A DNA stretch of 64,000 nucleotides from Patescibacteria group bacterium (GTDB lineage Bacteria; Patescibacteriota; Minisyncoccia; Moranbacterales; GWC2-37-73): NCBI GenBank assembly GCA_022709565.1, contig JAKLIO010000001.1, forward strand, positions 4,368 through 68,367, written 5' to 3'. The number at the start of each line of letters is the position of its first letter. Within the stretch, counting starts at the first letter, position 1. The notes beneath the pieces were generated by a model, which was not told the DNA's origin, searched no databases, and was given only the letters and a program-made list of their open reading frames with translations. Positions 1 through 11,146 of the stretch are shown here, piece after piece. The position numbers and the translations under genes were made by a program.

Positions 1-1393
<1,393 letters not shown>

Positions 1394-1435
1394 TTATCCG
1401 TCTTATAGGTCCTATTTGTCCTATTTCATTATATA

Positions 1436-1466
1436 ACGAAAAAATCGCCCTGACTATGGGCGATTT
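1436..1466 (-). terminator. rho-independent terminator closing the pilus operon
   Basis: On the minus strand the stem ATCGCCC/GGGCGAT is followed by TTTTTT, immediately after the stop of the 1484..2119 gene. Confidence 0.6.
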
Positions 1467-1483
1467 CTGTGTCTTGCAAAAAA

Positions 1484-2119
1484 TTATTGGCGAAGCGACA
1501 CGGATGATTGTATGGGAATTTCAGATGTATCTTGCCCCGGACCTGTAATATCTTGTTGAACATACAAAACAATAGTAACCCTTCCCTTATTAGTACTGGA
1601 CGATGGATTAACATATACGTGCGCATTATTTATATTATCAGATGATAGGTTCATGGGAGTACCACCGAAAGCACAGCTTGCTGATGGGTTTGTTGGGTCT
1701 GCAGGAGTTGAAAGAGAATATTGCACCACCCCATTATTTAGACGATACCTAATGCATTGACCTTGCGAATAATCATAAGTATCCAACATGTTGCCAGATG
1801 CATTTCCCAGAGGAAAATTTAATTCACTGGAAGGCGACACTATAGTGCTCGTACGTAATCTTTTAGCCATAAAATTCAAAATATACTGCGCATTTTCAAT
1901 GTCCTTCTGGGCTTTTTTTTGTTTGGAATAATTTCTATAAAATCCGGCAAATGTTCCGGATATCATCATCATAAGAATAGAAAAAATAAAAATGGAAATA
2001 ATCATTTCTATCAATGAAAAGCCGTGCTTCTCTTTTCTATTTTTTCGAACCAAAGAAGATGAGCGATTTTTTTCCGCTTTTTTTTCTGATAAACCAACAA
2101 GTTTTAGTATTTTTTTCAT
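1484..2119 (-). CDS. pseudopilin (prepilin-type N-terminal cleavage/methylation domain protein)
   Basis: Carries the motif HGFSLIEMIISIFIFSILMMMISG (G|FxLxE plus a hydrophobic helix). It is the last gene of the pilus cluster. Confidence 0.75.
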   Translation of the reverse strand: MKKILKLVGLSEKKAEKNRSSSLVRKNRKEKHGFSLIEMIISIFIFSILMMMISGTFAGFYRNYSKQKKAQKDIENAQYILNFMAKRLRTSTIVSPSSELNFPLGNASGNMLDTYDYSQGQCIRYRLNNGVVQYSLSTPADPTNPSASCAFGGTPMNLSSDNINNAHVYVNPSSSTNKGRVTIVLYVQQDITGPGQDTSEIPIQSSVSLRQ

Positions 2120-2128
2120 AAAACAGCT

Positions 2129-2695
2129 TTAATATAGATCCGGCATTAACGAAATTGCCGAAACGCATTTATTGCCAGAAGTGCACCCCGATGGAAGAGC
2201 AAGCCCTATAAATCCGCCATTTCTCCATGTCACATAACTGGTTACCGTAGTTTCATTGGTTCCATCTTTCGGAATAGTTGAAACATCCACTCTTCTATAA
2301 AATTTTGTAGGCGTAGCATTAACAACGTGCCGATAAAAATTTCCACTCATGTACAATCTTTGACCATCATTATTAGTAATAGATAAATTGGGTGATGGTC
2401 CAATATTAATCCTGCAATTGGAACAGTCAGGGGTCGGTAATTTATTGTCTTTCAAATTTCTGACAAGCTCAATTCCTTCCTGCGCCAGCATCGCTGCGAT
2501 AATCTGATTTTTAGAGTTCTGCACGCTGGCAATATTTTTTGCCATCAAAAAAGTGACTCCCGTAATTGAAATAGTCAGAATTAGAAGCGTAATCAAAACT
2601 TCAATCAGTGAAAAACCGCGCCTGGCGGATTTATTCAGCCAAATCAAAACCAACGAGTCTGTTTTTTTTTGATTATTTTTTTTATCAACAATCAT
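2129..2695 (-). CDS. pseudopilin (prepilin-type N-terminal cleavage/methylation domain protein)
   Basis: Carries RRGFSLIEVLITLLILTISITGVTFL, a class III signal-peptide motif. Confidence 0.75.
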   Translation of the reverse strand: MIVDKKNNQKKTDSLVLIWLNKSARRGFSLIEVLITLLILTISITGVTFLMAKNIASVQNSKNQIIAAMLAQEGIELVRNLKDNKLPTPDCSNCRINIGPSPNLSITNNDGQRLYMSGNFYRHVVNATPTKFYRRVDVSTIPKDGTNETTVTSYVTWRNGGFIGLALPSGCTSGNKCVSAISLMPDLY

Positions 2696-2787
2696 GTGTC
2701 TGGTTTTTTATAATTAAGGTTATTATACCACATCTGCTCAATAAATTCTATGCTTTTACCATTATTCTGATAGGCCGGCCCGATTTC

Positions 2788-3585
2788 CTAAAAATATAAA
2801 GGGAAATATTTTAAAACCGGAAAAATTTGTGGCAAAATAATTATTAAAAAAACGCTTAAAACAAGAAAAGGCGCGAATGGAACTTGACTCTTCATAGTTT
2901 TTTTGCGGGCAATAATCAGCCCTATGCTTATAATTGCGCCAACAGCAAATGAGAGCACCAATGTCCAGATTATATTTGGCCATCCAACAATAAAACCTGC
3001 CAACATACCAATGTAAGCGTCGCCATAGCCCATCCATGTTTCTTTGGAATAGGCCGCTAATCCGAAAAAAAACATAAAGGCCACCAGCCCGCCCATAACG
3101 CCAGACATCGTTTTGAGGTCAAGAATCGATGTGGCTAAGCGAAAACTCTGCCAATCCGCTGCTAGAAAATATACAACCGTGACCACTACTCCCATCCAGA
3201 GAATCAGCATGGGAATTTCCATATATTTCAGATCATAGATGAAAATAACGGTTAGCAATGAAAATATAACCAGATAATAGGCGGTCAAAAGCCAGCTGGC
3301 AGAATCATATGACAGAAAAAAATAATTTCCGATGAGCGCGAAAACAACTCCCGTCAGAAATTCCGTGACCGGATATTGCCAGGAAATTTTTTCGCCGCAA
3401 TCTCGGCACTTGGCGGACAAAATAATAAAGCTCAGCAATGGAATATTGTCAAACCAGCGGATTTTTTTCTTGCAATGCGGACAATGCGAACGCTCCAAAA
3501 GCGACTCAACCGCATTGAGCCGATAGACAACAGCATTCAAAAAGCTGCCGATAATGAGACCTAAAATAAAAAATATTATAATCAT
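2788..3585 (-). CDS. pilD: prepilin peptidase (A24 family)
   Basis: The N-terminus reads LGLIIGSFLNAVVYRL. A Zn-binding CPHCKKKIRWFDNIPLLSF...CRDCGEKI block is present, the protein is polytopic, and it has a GYGDAYIGMLAG motif. Confidence 0.9.
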   Translation of the reverse strand: MIIIFFILGLIIGSFLNAVVYRLNAVESLLERSHCPHCKKKIRWFDNIPLLSFIILSAKCRDCGEKISWQYPVTEFLTGVVFALIGNYFFLSYDSASWLLTAYYLVIFSLLTVIFIYDLKYMEIPMLILWMGVVVTVVYFLAADWQSFRLATSILDLKTMSGVMGGLVAFMFFFGLAAYSKETWMGYGDAYIGMLAGFIVGWPNIIWTLVLSFAVGAIISIGLIIARKKTMKSQVPFAPFLVLSVFLIIILPQIFPVLKYFPLYF

Positions 3586-3661
3586 ATATTAAGTATAACA
3601 TATTCTTTGAAAAACAAAAAGGACTTTACAAAAAATTCGGGATCAAGACTTGAGTTAAATC

Positions 3662-3690
3662 AAAAACCCATCCCCCAAAAGAGGACGGGT
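3662..3690 (-). terminator. terminator/attenuator after the distal pilin gene
   Basis: The minus strand reads ACCCGTCCTCTTTTGGGGGATGGGTTTTTG, a stem followed by a T-run. A second hairpin, TTGAGGAttgTCCTCAA, precedes it. Confidence 0.5.
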
Positions 3691-3736
3691 CTTGATTTAT
3701 TTTATTTGAGGACAATCCTCAAATCGAGTCATGATG

Positions 3737-4144
3737 CTAACATCCACTTGGAGCAGTAAGACCGCCATATACACTTAATGTCCAGGCACTATTGCAAGCA
3801 GCCAATGGGTGCCCTGCCAATGTGACAGTGACAGTCGGATCAGATGTGGAACAATCAAATGTTGCCGCATATGTAACACCTGTTGCTTTTAAGTCAGCCG
3901 CAGTAGGAAGATTGCCAACTGAACCTATGGAACAAATTTCTGCACCTTCAGTAGTATTAAAAGTTGCATTTGTATCATCACAACATGTTGTTAATGATGC
4001 TTTTAAACTTGCGAGAGTCTGTTTTGTTGTTGCCGCTGTAGCTTTATTTCTTGCACTGCTAGTGCTAACCAAAATAACCCCAGCCAAGATTCCGATGATC
4101 GCAATTACAATCAGAAGCTCGATCAACGTGAAACCTTTTTTCAT
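3737..4144 (-). CDS. type IV pilin (PilA-like), paralogue 1
   Basis: Starts MKKGFTLIELLIVIAIIGILAGV and has six Cys including the C-terminal ..APSGC. It is about 75% identical by eye to the 4240..4680 pilin. Confidence 0.85.
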   Translation of the reverse strand: MKKGFTLIELLIVIAIIGILAGVILVSTSSARNKATAATTKQTLASLKASLTTCCDDTNATFNTTEGAEICSIGSVGNLPTAADLKATGVTYAATFDCSTSDPTVTVTLAGHPLAACNSAWTLSVYGGLTAPSGC

Positions 4145-4239
4145 ATTTTTTTAAATTATTAAATTAATTAAAAACCTATACTAAAATTTAAATACTTCAT
4201 AATCTGCCAAAAAATAGCAGATAGAAAAATGCTTGATTT

Positions 4240-4680
4240 CTAACAACCTGTCGGTGCCTGCAGACCTCCATATAACCTTAAAAGCCATGCGCCATTACAA
4301 GCAGCTAAAGGATGGCCTGTTAAAGTAACTGTTATGGTAGGATCAGCAGCACTACAAGATGCTGTTTGTGCGTATGTAACACCTGTTGCTTTTAAATCAA
4401 CAGCTGTTGGTAAATTTGTTCCTATTCCAGCCCCACCAGCAGCAGCGCCATTGCTATCACAAATTTCTGCACCTGCAGTAGTGTTGAATGTAGCTCCTGT
4501 CTCAGAACAACAGGTGGCTATTGATGCTTTCAAACTGGCTAGAGTTTGTTTTGTAGACGAAGCTGTAGCTTTATTTCTGGCTGAACTAGTGCTAACCAGA
4601 ATAACCCCAGCCAAAATTCCGATGATCGCAATCACAATCAGAAGCTCGATCAACGTGAAACCTTTTTGCATTTTTTTCAT
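4240..4680 (-). CDS. type IV pilin (PilA-like), paralogue 2
   Basis: I place the start at ATG 4680 (MKKMQKGFTLIELLIVIAIIG), which is preceded by GGAGGTGTGAAATT. The track ORF (to 4749) adds 23 implausible residues. Confidence 0.85.
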   Translation of the reverse strand: MKKMQKGFTLIELLIVIAIIGILAGVILVSTSSARNKATASSTKQTLASLKASIATCCSETGATFNTTAGAEICDSNGAAAGGAGIGTNLPTAVDLKATGVTYAQTASCSAADPTITVTLTGHPLAACNGAWLLRLYGGLQAPTGC

Positions 4681-5000
4681 AATTTCACACCTCCTTCCGC
4701 CAATTTTGCCAAAATCTCCGATTTCGAAGCAAAATTGAGCGTCCGTCATTTCTCTTTAAAAACCCGTGGGTTTAAACCAAAATAATTATCACGTGTTTTT
4801 TGGAAAACATTGGATCGCCAATTTTCCTAAAAATCTTCAACCAATAACAAAATCTTTTTAATTTTTATTTTATCTTTATCCCATTATGACTTAAACAATA
4901 ATAACCGCATCGACAGCCAAACTAATTTTTTAAAATTAATTTGTCGAATTGAAATTATTACGAATTAAGTTATAACGGGATAAACTATCCAAATTTTATT

Positions 5001-5456
5001 TTATTCACAGCCATTCAAAAGCATGCTGCAAACGACATAGCTAGTTCCATCAGTAATTCTAAAAGTATAAGTACCCGCCGCCCATGAGCCCGTTGTTCCA
5101 GCATCATATGACCATCCGGTTTTCGTAGCTATATTAGGCCACAGTACATTACTGTGCCCCTCCGCAGCACTTGTATACCCGGCCTGAGCCCAACATATAA
5201 CTTCTCCGGCAACAGGAGTTGTTTTAACAAACCCACCATCATCTTGACACGTCACCAATTCCGGCAAAACACTAGCTGCGCTCGTCAGCGCCGAAGCTCT
5301 TTTTGATTTATCAATAGAACTTTTCATACTAACAGTCACCACGCCAGCCAAAATACCGATAATTGCAATTACAACCATAAGTTCAATCAACGTAAATCCT
5401 CTCCTGCCAATACGCGCGAATTTTTTGTTATAGATTTTCAAAATATTTTTTTTCAT
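5001..5456 (-). CDS. type IV pilin-like protein
   Basis: Carries RRGFTLIELMVVIAIIGILAGV and has a divergent C-terminal domain. Confidence 0.8.
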   Translation of the reverse strand: MKKNILKIYNKKFARIGRRGFTLIELMVVIAIIGILAGVVTVSMKSSIDKSKRASALTSAASVLPELVTCQDDGGFVKTTPVAGEVICWAQAGYTSAAEGHSNVLWPNIATKTGWSYDAGTTGSWAAGTYTFRITDGTSYVVCSMLLNGCE

Positions 5457-5539
5457 TTTTTTGTTTCTAAATCAATTTAAAATGATTTGTTTAATATTAT
5501 ATCATAAATTTCAAAAAAAGCCTGTGTATAATTTTTTTA

Positions 5540-6748
5540 TCAGATTGAACTAGTAATACTGTATATAGGCATCAGCACCGCGAACACCAAAATGGCTACG
5601 CCTATTCCCAAAACACATATCATTATCGGTTCAAGCAATGTCGCTAAATTGCGCGTGATGCGATCCGTTTCTTTGCCGTAGAAATCTGAGATATGCCTGA
5701 GAACCTCGCTGATTTTTCCGGACTCTTCTCCAATCCTTATCATTTGCGCTACAATTGCCGGAAAATTCTGGCTACGCCCAAAAACACCGCTCATATTGCC
5801 GCCCGTCTTGACTTCATCGGCTGCCCGCAAAATAGCACTCTCGTAGGACTTATTATTCACAACTTCGCTCACAATGATCAGCGCCCTCACAATCGGTATG
5901 CCTCCGTCCAACAGCACGGCTAAATTTTCAGAAAATCTAGAAATATATATGTATCTAAAAATATTACCAATGATTGGTATTTTGAGTTTAATCACATCGA
6001 ATTCTTTCTTGCCATCCTCAGTCCTGATATAATATATTGTTGCTAAAACAACCATAATTATGACAAGAATAACGGCCCACCAATAGTGGCTCATAAAATC
6101 TCCCATAGACATTAGAACTTTGGTATACCAAGGAACTTGCACATTCATATCCTCAAAAACAGCTGTGAGCTTGGGTAGCACAAGCGTAAAAACCACAAAA
6201 CCGATTATAATCGCCACCGTGCAAACAAATAATGGATAAAACATGGCTCCCTTTATTTTTGCGTTCAATTCGTAGTTTTTTTCAGTATTGTCAGCTAAAA
6301 ACATGATTGAGCGTTGCAAGTTTCCCGAAGCCTCACCAGCCTTAATCATGCTCACAGCTAAAGGCTTGAAAACTATAGGATGCTTTTTCATAGCCTCCGA
6401 CAAGGATGACCCGTCTTCGACATCTCCAATCATCTCCTTTGTGATTGTTTTTAGATAAACATTTTCAGTTTGATTACCCACCGCCGTAAGTGCGGAAACT
6501 ATCGGCACCTTGGCATCCAATAATGTCGCCATCTGGCGGAAAAAAACCGACAGCTCACGGGCATTTACTCCCGACCAGATGCGCTGAAGATCTTTCATTA
6601 CGCCAGAAACTTCTTTTTCTTGTTCAACTACAATCGGAATAAGCCCCTTTTCTTGAATAATAGTAACAGCTGATTCGCTGCTGTTTGCTTCTACAGTGCC
6701 TTCTCGCAATTGGCCCTTTGGATCTTTAGCTTGAAATGAAAAACGCAT
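5540..6748 (-). CDS. pilC: type IV pilus platform protein PilC (GspF family)
   Basis: 402 aa with two GspF-type repeats (..GEASGNL.., ..GEESGKISEVL..) and three TM segments. Confidence 0.9.
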   Translation of the reverse strand: MRFSFQAKDPKGQLREGTVEANSSESAVTIIQEKGLIPIVVEQEKEVSGVMKDLQRIWSGVNARELSVFFRQMATLLDAKVPIVSALTAVGNQTENVYLKTITKEMIGDVEDGSSLSEAMKKHPIVFKPLAVSMIKAGEASGNLQRSIMFLADNTEKNYELNAKIKGAMFYPLFVCTVAIIIGFVVFTLVLPKLTAVFEDMNVQVPWYTKVLMSMGDFMSHYWWAVILVIIMVVLATIYYIRTEDGKKEFDVIKLKIPIIGNIFRYIYISRFSENLAVLLDGGIPIVRALIIVSEVVNNKSYESAILRAADEVKTGGNMSGVFGRSQNFPAIVAQMIRIGEESGKISEVLRHISDFYGKETDRITRNLATLLEPIMICVLGIGVAILVFAVLMPIYSITSSI

Positions 6749-6816
6749 ATTTATTTGGCCTTAACGTTCCAAAGTCTTGTTATTTAGGAATAAAGACATT
6801 TGGACGCTCGGACTGT

Positions 6817-7899
6817 TTATTGTTTTTTATTTATTAACATTTGCAAATATTCTTTATTTTTCGTATATACATAAGCATCATCCAGCGTAACCATTCCGCG
6901 CTGAACTAAATCGGCTAATGATTTATCCAATGAAATCATCCCGTCCCGAAGACTTGTCTCAATAACTGAATCAATCTGATAGGTTTTGTTTTCCCGGATC
7001 AGATTCTCTACGGCGTGGTTGTTAATCATTATTTCCAGAGCCGGAATTCTTCCTCCGCCTACCCGCGGTACTAATCTTTGGGAAACTACGCCCAAAAGGA
7101 CGCTGGCCAGCTGGGAACGCACCTGGTTTTGCTGATGCGCGGGAAAAACATCTATAATTCTATCGATGGTTTGTGAAGTATCGTTAGTATGCAAAGTCGC
7201 AAGGATAAGGTGTCCTGTTTCGGCCGCTGTCATGGCTGTACTGATAGTGTCCAGATCCCGAAGTTCGCCAATAAGCACTACATTGGCATCTTCGCGGAAA
7301 ATGCTGCGCAAGCCGTCAGCAAAAGATTTTGTGTCTCTGCCAATTTCCCGTTGATTAATGATGCATCTGTCTTGTTCGTAAACATATTCTATCGGATCTT
7401 CAACTGTAATTATATTTTTGTCTTCATTGTGATTGATAAAATCAATCATGGCTGAAAGCGTGGTTGATTTTCCGTGCCCGACGGGACCGGTAATTAGCAG
7501 CAAACCCTGCGGTTTATGGGTAAATTCATAAAGTGTTGTTGGAATATTCAATTCTTCAAGAGTGCTGAGCCGTCCGGAAACCATACGCATAGCCACGCTC
7601 ACGTTTCCCTGTTGAAAAAAAACATTTGTCCTGAAGCGTACCTTGTTTTCAAGATTATACGAAAAATCCACTTGCCCGTCTTCCAGCAGCCTTTTTTTGT
7701 TTTCTTCGCTGAGAAGCACGTTGCTGAGCGCCTTTGTGTCTTCTGGAGAAAGGATGCTTTCCTGTGTCAGCGGATAGAGTTTGCCGTCGATACGAAGGGT
7801 CGGATATCTTCCCACCACCAAGTGCAAGTCGGAAGCATTCTGCTGAGCCGCCAATTTTAAAAGATTTTTCATTCTCTGTTCGCTGTGATCTACAGTCAT
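6817..7899 (-). CDS. pilT: pilus retraction ATPase PilT
   Basis: Contains ASDLHL, Walker A GPVGHGKSTT, IITVEDPIEY and ATLHTN. Its 360-aa size is typical of PilT. Confidence 0.9.
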   Translation of the reverse strand: MTVDHSEQRMKNLLKLAAQQNASDLHLVVGRYPTLRIDGKLYPLTQESILSPEDTKALSNVLLSEENKKRLLEDGQVDFSYNLENKVRFRTNVFFQQGNVSVAMRMVSGRLSTLEELNIPTTLYEFTHKPQGLLLITGPVGHGKSTTLSAMIDFINHNEDKNIITVEDPIEYVYEQDRCIINQREIGRDTKSFADGLRSIFREDANVVLIGELRDLDTISTAMTAAETGHLILATLHTNDTSQTIDRIIDVFPAHQQNQVRSQLASVLLGVVSQRLVPRVGGGRIPALEIMINNHAVENLIRENKTYQIDSVIETSLRDGMISLDKSLADLVQRGMVTLDDAYVYTKNKEYLQMLINKKQ

Positions 7900-7904
7900 G
7901 TTTG

Positions 7905-7963
7905 CTTGCCCTTTTAAATTCCACTAAAAGCGGATTCCGACAAGTCGAAGAATTTAACAGGGT
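7905..7963 (-). repeat. hairpin-family element immediately upstream of the pilT start
   Basis: The minus-strand sense reads ACCCTGTTAAATTC...GGAATTTAAAAGGGCAAGCAAACATG. It belongs to the same family as the elements at 11707, 43541, 45665 and 45899. Confidence 0.5.
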
Positions 7964-8024
7964 AAATTTTTATTTTTTAATACTTTCAAAAAAATTCTTA
8001 TCTCTGAATATATTATACCAAATT

Positions 8025-8405
8025 TTATCTGTTCAGCAAAGCATTCACTTTTCCAACAACTTCCGACGGAGTAAATTGCGATTTAACAAGATAATCATTA
8101 ACTCCCATCTCTTCACTTTCTTCGACTTTTTCTTTCTCGGAGATGTTGGTTAGCATTATTATCGGAATATTTTTCCATTTGTCATTGTTTTTTATTTTCT
8201 TTAATGTTTCTATTCCGTCCATCTGCGGCATTATTATATCCAAAAGTATTATGTCGGGACGAAAATTATCCAAAATCTTCAAGGCTTCCAAACCATTGAC
8301 CGCTATAGCCACTTCAAATCCCTCCTGAGTAAATTTAACCTGATAAATATCACTTATAAAAATATCGTCCTCAACAACCAATATTTTCTTTTTTTCGTCA
8401 GTCAT
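8025..8405 (-). CDS. stand-alone response-regulator receiver (CheY-like)
   Basis: Reads KILVVEDD...DIILLDIIMPQMDG...MLT..., with conserved acidic pocket, T and K positions. The 126-aa protein has no output domain. Confidence 0.85.
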   Translation of the reverse strand: MTDEKKKILVVEDDIFISDIYQVKFTQEGFEVAIAVNGLEALKILDNFRPDIILLDIIMPQMDGIETLKKIKNNDKWKNIPIIMLTNISEKEKVEESEEMGVNDYLVKSQFTPSEVVGKVNALLNR

Positions 8406-8444
8406 ATAATTATATATTAGGATTTAAGATTTTGGATTTTTACA

Positions 8445-10154
8445 TTATCCCTTATCGTCTTCCACTTCCCCTCCGACGCTTTTGCTTCCTTCAGTCACGC
8501 GTTCAATTTCCGCCAATGTTGTCAGACCCAAAACAACTTTTAGCAAACCATCTTGCTTGATTTTTATCATGCCTTGCTTCTCGGCATGTTTTTGCACTTC
8601 AATTTCAGCTCCATTTTTTTCGGAAATTATTTCTTTTATGTCCTTGTCTATTTCAAGAGCTTCAAAGATAGCTATCCGGCCTTTATATCCGGTATTCCCG
8701 CATTCTTCACAGCCTTTGCCTTCAAAAACATGGATTCCATCTGCCAGCGTGACCCCGTATTTCTTTAGTTCTTCTTGCGGTAATGTTTCTATCTGATTTT
8801 TTATATTTTCCAAAACTTTTTGCGGAATCTTAACTTCTTGCTTGCATTTTTTGCATATCCTCCGAACAAGACGCTGGGCGGCCACAACCCTCAGGGATGA
8901 TGCCAAAAGAAAGGGCTCTATGCCCATATCCACAAGCCGTGGGATGGCTCCGATTGAACTGTTGGTGTGAAGAGTTGAAAGCACCAAGTGACCGGTCAGC
9001 GCGGCATGAATTGTAAGCTCAGCGGTTTCACTGTCGCGTATTTCTCCAACCATAATGACATTCGGATCCTGACGTAAAATTGACCGGAGGCCGCTGGCGA
9101 ATGTGTAGCCGATTTCCGGATTAATTTGGCTCTGGTTTATGCCGCTGATGGAATATTCCACCGGATCCTCTAGCGTAATAATGTTGCGCTCTTCTTTATT
9201 CAAAATACCCAAACAAGCATAAAGAGTAGTTGATTTTCCGCTACCAGTTGGTCCCGTCATCAGAATGATTCCATAGGGCTCCATAACATTCCGAACTAAG
9301 ATATCTTTTCCTTTACCCATAAGACCCATGCTCTCCAGATCAATAATTTTATTTTCCGTATCCAAAAGACGCATAACTATTTTTTCTCCCTCCACGACCG
9401 GCAAACTTGAAACGCGAAAATCGACAAAATGGCCGTCTTCATCAGAAAGCTTGAAGCGACCGTCCTGTGGTTTTCTTTTTTCGTCAATTTTAAGATTGGA
9501 AAGAATTTTTATTCTGGAAACTACTGCCCGGCCCACTTCTTTTGGAATGGACAATGAAGAATGCAAAACTCCGTCTACGCGGAAACGCACTCTATATTCC
9601 TTGCCAAAAGGCTCGATATGAATATCGCTGGCCTTGCCTTCGATGGCATGTCGGGTAATGACGCTGAGCAATTTTGTTACAGGAGCCGCCTGCATGCTAT
9701 CTATTTCTTTTTTTTCGCTCTCTTCCACTACATTAAAATCGGCATCGCCCTGCAATAATTCCATGGCTTCTTGGATGACCGTTTCTGCGCTACCTGAATA
9801 TTGCTCAGCCATATCCTTGAATATTTCTTCAGAAATCAGATACAAATCGAGTTCAATTTTCTTTTTTTCAACAATAAAACGCAAAATATTAAGCGCGTTT
9901 ATATCGTTGGGATCAACTATTCCCACTTTGACTTTTTTTCCGTTTCTCTCAAATGCGACAATCTTATGCTGAATGACAATATCGCGAGAAATAATGTTTA
10001 GAACTTCCTTGTCTATTTTTGGAGCTTCCTGCAAATAAGGCATACCTAAAAAATTCGCCTTTTCGGCCAATTCATTTGCATCCCGATCTTGTTGAGACTT
10101 GTCAGTGGAAAAATTCTTTGTTTTGGTTTGTTTTTTCTTTTCCTCTTCAGACAT
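8445..10154 (-). CDS. pilB: pilus assembly ATPase PilB (GspE family)
   Basis: Has a GspE-type N-terminal domain, Walker A GPTGSGKSTT, ITLEDPVEY, and the tetracysteine CKKCK...CEECGNTGYKGR. Confidence 0.92.
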   Translation of the reverse strand: MSEEEKKKQTKTKNFSTDKSQQDRDANELAEKANFLGMPYLQEAPKIDKEVLNIISRDIVIQHKIVAFERNGKKVKVGIVDPNDINALNILRFIVEKKKIELDLYLISEEIFKDMAEQYSGSAETVIQEAMELLQGDADFNVVEESEKKEIDSMQAAPVTKLLSVITRHAIEGKASDIHIEPFGKEYRVRFRVDGVLHSSLSIPKEVGRAVVSRIKILSNLKIDEKRKPQDGRFKLSDEDGHFVDFRVSSLPVVEGEKIVMRLLDTENKIIDLESMGLMGKGKDILVRNVMEPYGIILMTGPTGSGKSTTLYACLGILNKEERNIITLEDPVEYSISGINQSQINPEIGYTFASGLRSILRQDPNVIMVGEIRDSETAELTIHAALTGHLVLSTLHTNSSIGAIPRLVDMGIEPFLLASSLRVVAAQRLVRRICKKCKQEVKIPQKVLENIKNQIETLPQEELKKYGVTLADGIHVFEGKGCEECGNTGYKGRIAIFEALEIDKDIKEIISEKNGAEIEVQKHAEKQGMIKIKQDGLLKVVLGLTTLAEIERVTEGSKSVGGEVEDDKG

Positions 10155-10239
10155 ACTTCATTTATTTTTAGAGCACAGCCAAAAATTACAAACACTAATG
10201 CAGTCGTCAAAAAAATATCGCCGCTTTGCTAATCACCTC

Positions 10240-11040
10240 CTACGGAATAAATGGATTGGGTCTTCCTTCTAGCGTACTTTCTTTTTGAAGATCAGACGAA
10301 ACAGAAACTAGTTCTCTATATCCGGTTAAGGCTTTGACCGTGCTTTCATCAAGAGTTGTTTGAATTTGAAATTGCTCCAACTTATTTTCATCAATCTTTA
10401 TTTTTTTAAGATAACCAAAATCCATGACAATTTCAGCCAACAACGATGTTGATTTATTATCACTGGTTGCTTCGTTGGAATTAGCTGCGCTGGCGCTGTT
10501 ACTCAAGTTTTCTTCCTTATATATTTTCAGAGATTTTATATTATTAATCAAAGCCATTTTTTGCAGTTTATCGAAAAAAAGCTGCATCTTTTCATACTCG
10601 CCGATAATTTTTATTGTAGCTTTGCTAAAAAGCATTCCTTCATTTTGGGCTTCGCCTGCTTCAGTCAATAAATTAGGATCAGAAACGGTCGCGTTAAAAA
10701 CCGCTGTTTTCTGAGGAGCCGCATCTTCTATGGAAATATCAGCCAAATAAACCTGGCTGCCAGACGCCAAATAATTTATGCCTGCGATAATCTGCTCTTC
10801 CACTTTTCTAGACGGCAAATAATTATACACCACGTCTTTATATTCGCTCGTTTCTCTGATTTGCTGGCTAAGATTTTTTGCAGCAGCTTCTTTTTTGCCC
10901 ATATCATCTATTTTTTTCTGCGTGTCAGCCTTTTGATTATTCGCCGCTATGAGACTGTCAATCTCCGGCCTAATATACGAGAAAAAAACAAACAAGCAAA
11001 TAATCAGCATCAAAGGGAAAAACAAAATTTTTAAACGCAT
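10240..11040 (-). CDS. PilO-like pilus assembly protein (single N-terminal TM plus coiled coil)
   Basis: The call rests on its position between the pilN-like gene and pilB, an N-terminal TM (FFPLMLIICLFVFF) and a coiled coil. No diagnostic motif was found. Confidence 0.45.
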   Translation of the reverse strand: MRLKILFFPLMLIICLFVFFSYIRPEIDSLIAANNQKADTQKKIDDMGKKEAAAKNLSQQIRETSEYKDVVYNYLPSRKVEEQIIAGINYLASGSQVYLADISIEDAAPQKTAVFNATVSDPNLLTEAGEAQNEGMLFSKATIKIIGEYEKMQLFFDKLQKMALINNIKSLKIYKEENLSNSASAANSNEATSDNKSTSLLAEIVMDFGYLKKIKIDENKLEQFQIQTTLDESTVKALTGYRELVSVSSDLQKESTLEGRPNPFIP

Positions 11041-11146
11041 TTTTTTGTTGCCCGAGTTAATGTTTTAATTCCCTGAAAGCAATTAAACAAAAACTGCGCT
11101 GGCTTTTAAAATTTAATTAAAAAAATTAAACATGTTGCCGAAATGA

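Noticed and set aside
4697-4712. Sigma-54-like TGGCA-N5-TGGCG element upstream of the pilin gene
   Set aside because: The match is only approximate (the -12 GC context is poor). It sits about 15 nt from the ATG and overlaps the RBS, the paralogous pilin lacks it, and no sigma-54 or enhancer-binding protein is in evidence.
4681-4749. Longer form of the pilin ORF (start at 4749)
   Set aside because: It would add 23 residues before the class III signal peptide. The ATG at 4680 has a GGAGG RBS and gives a normal MKKMQKGFTLIE leader.
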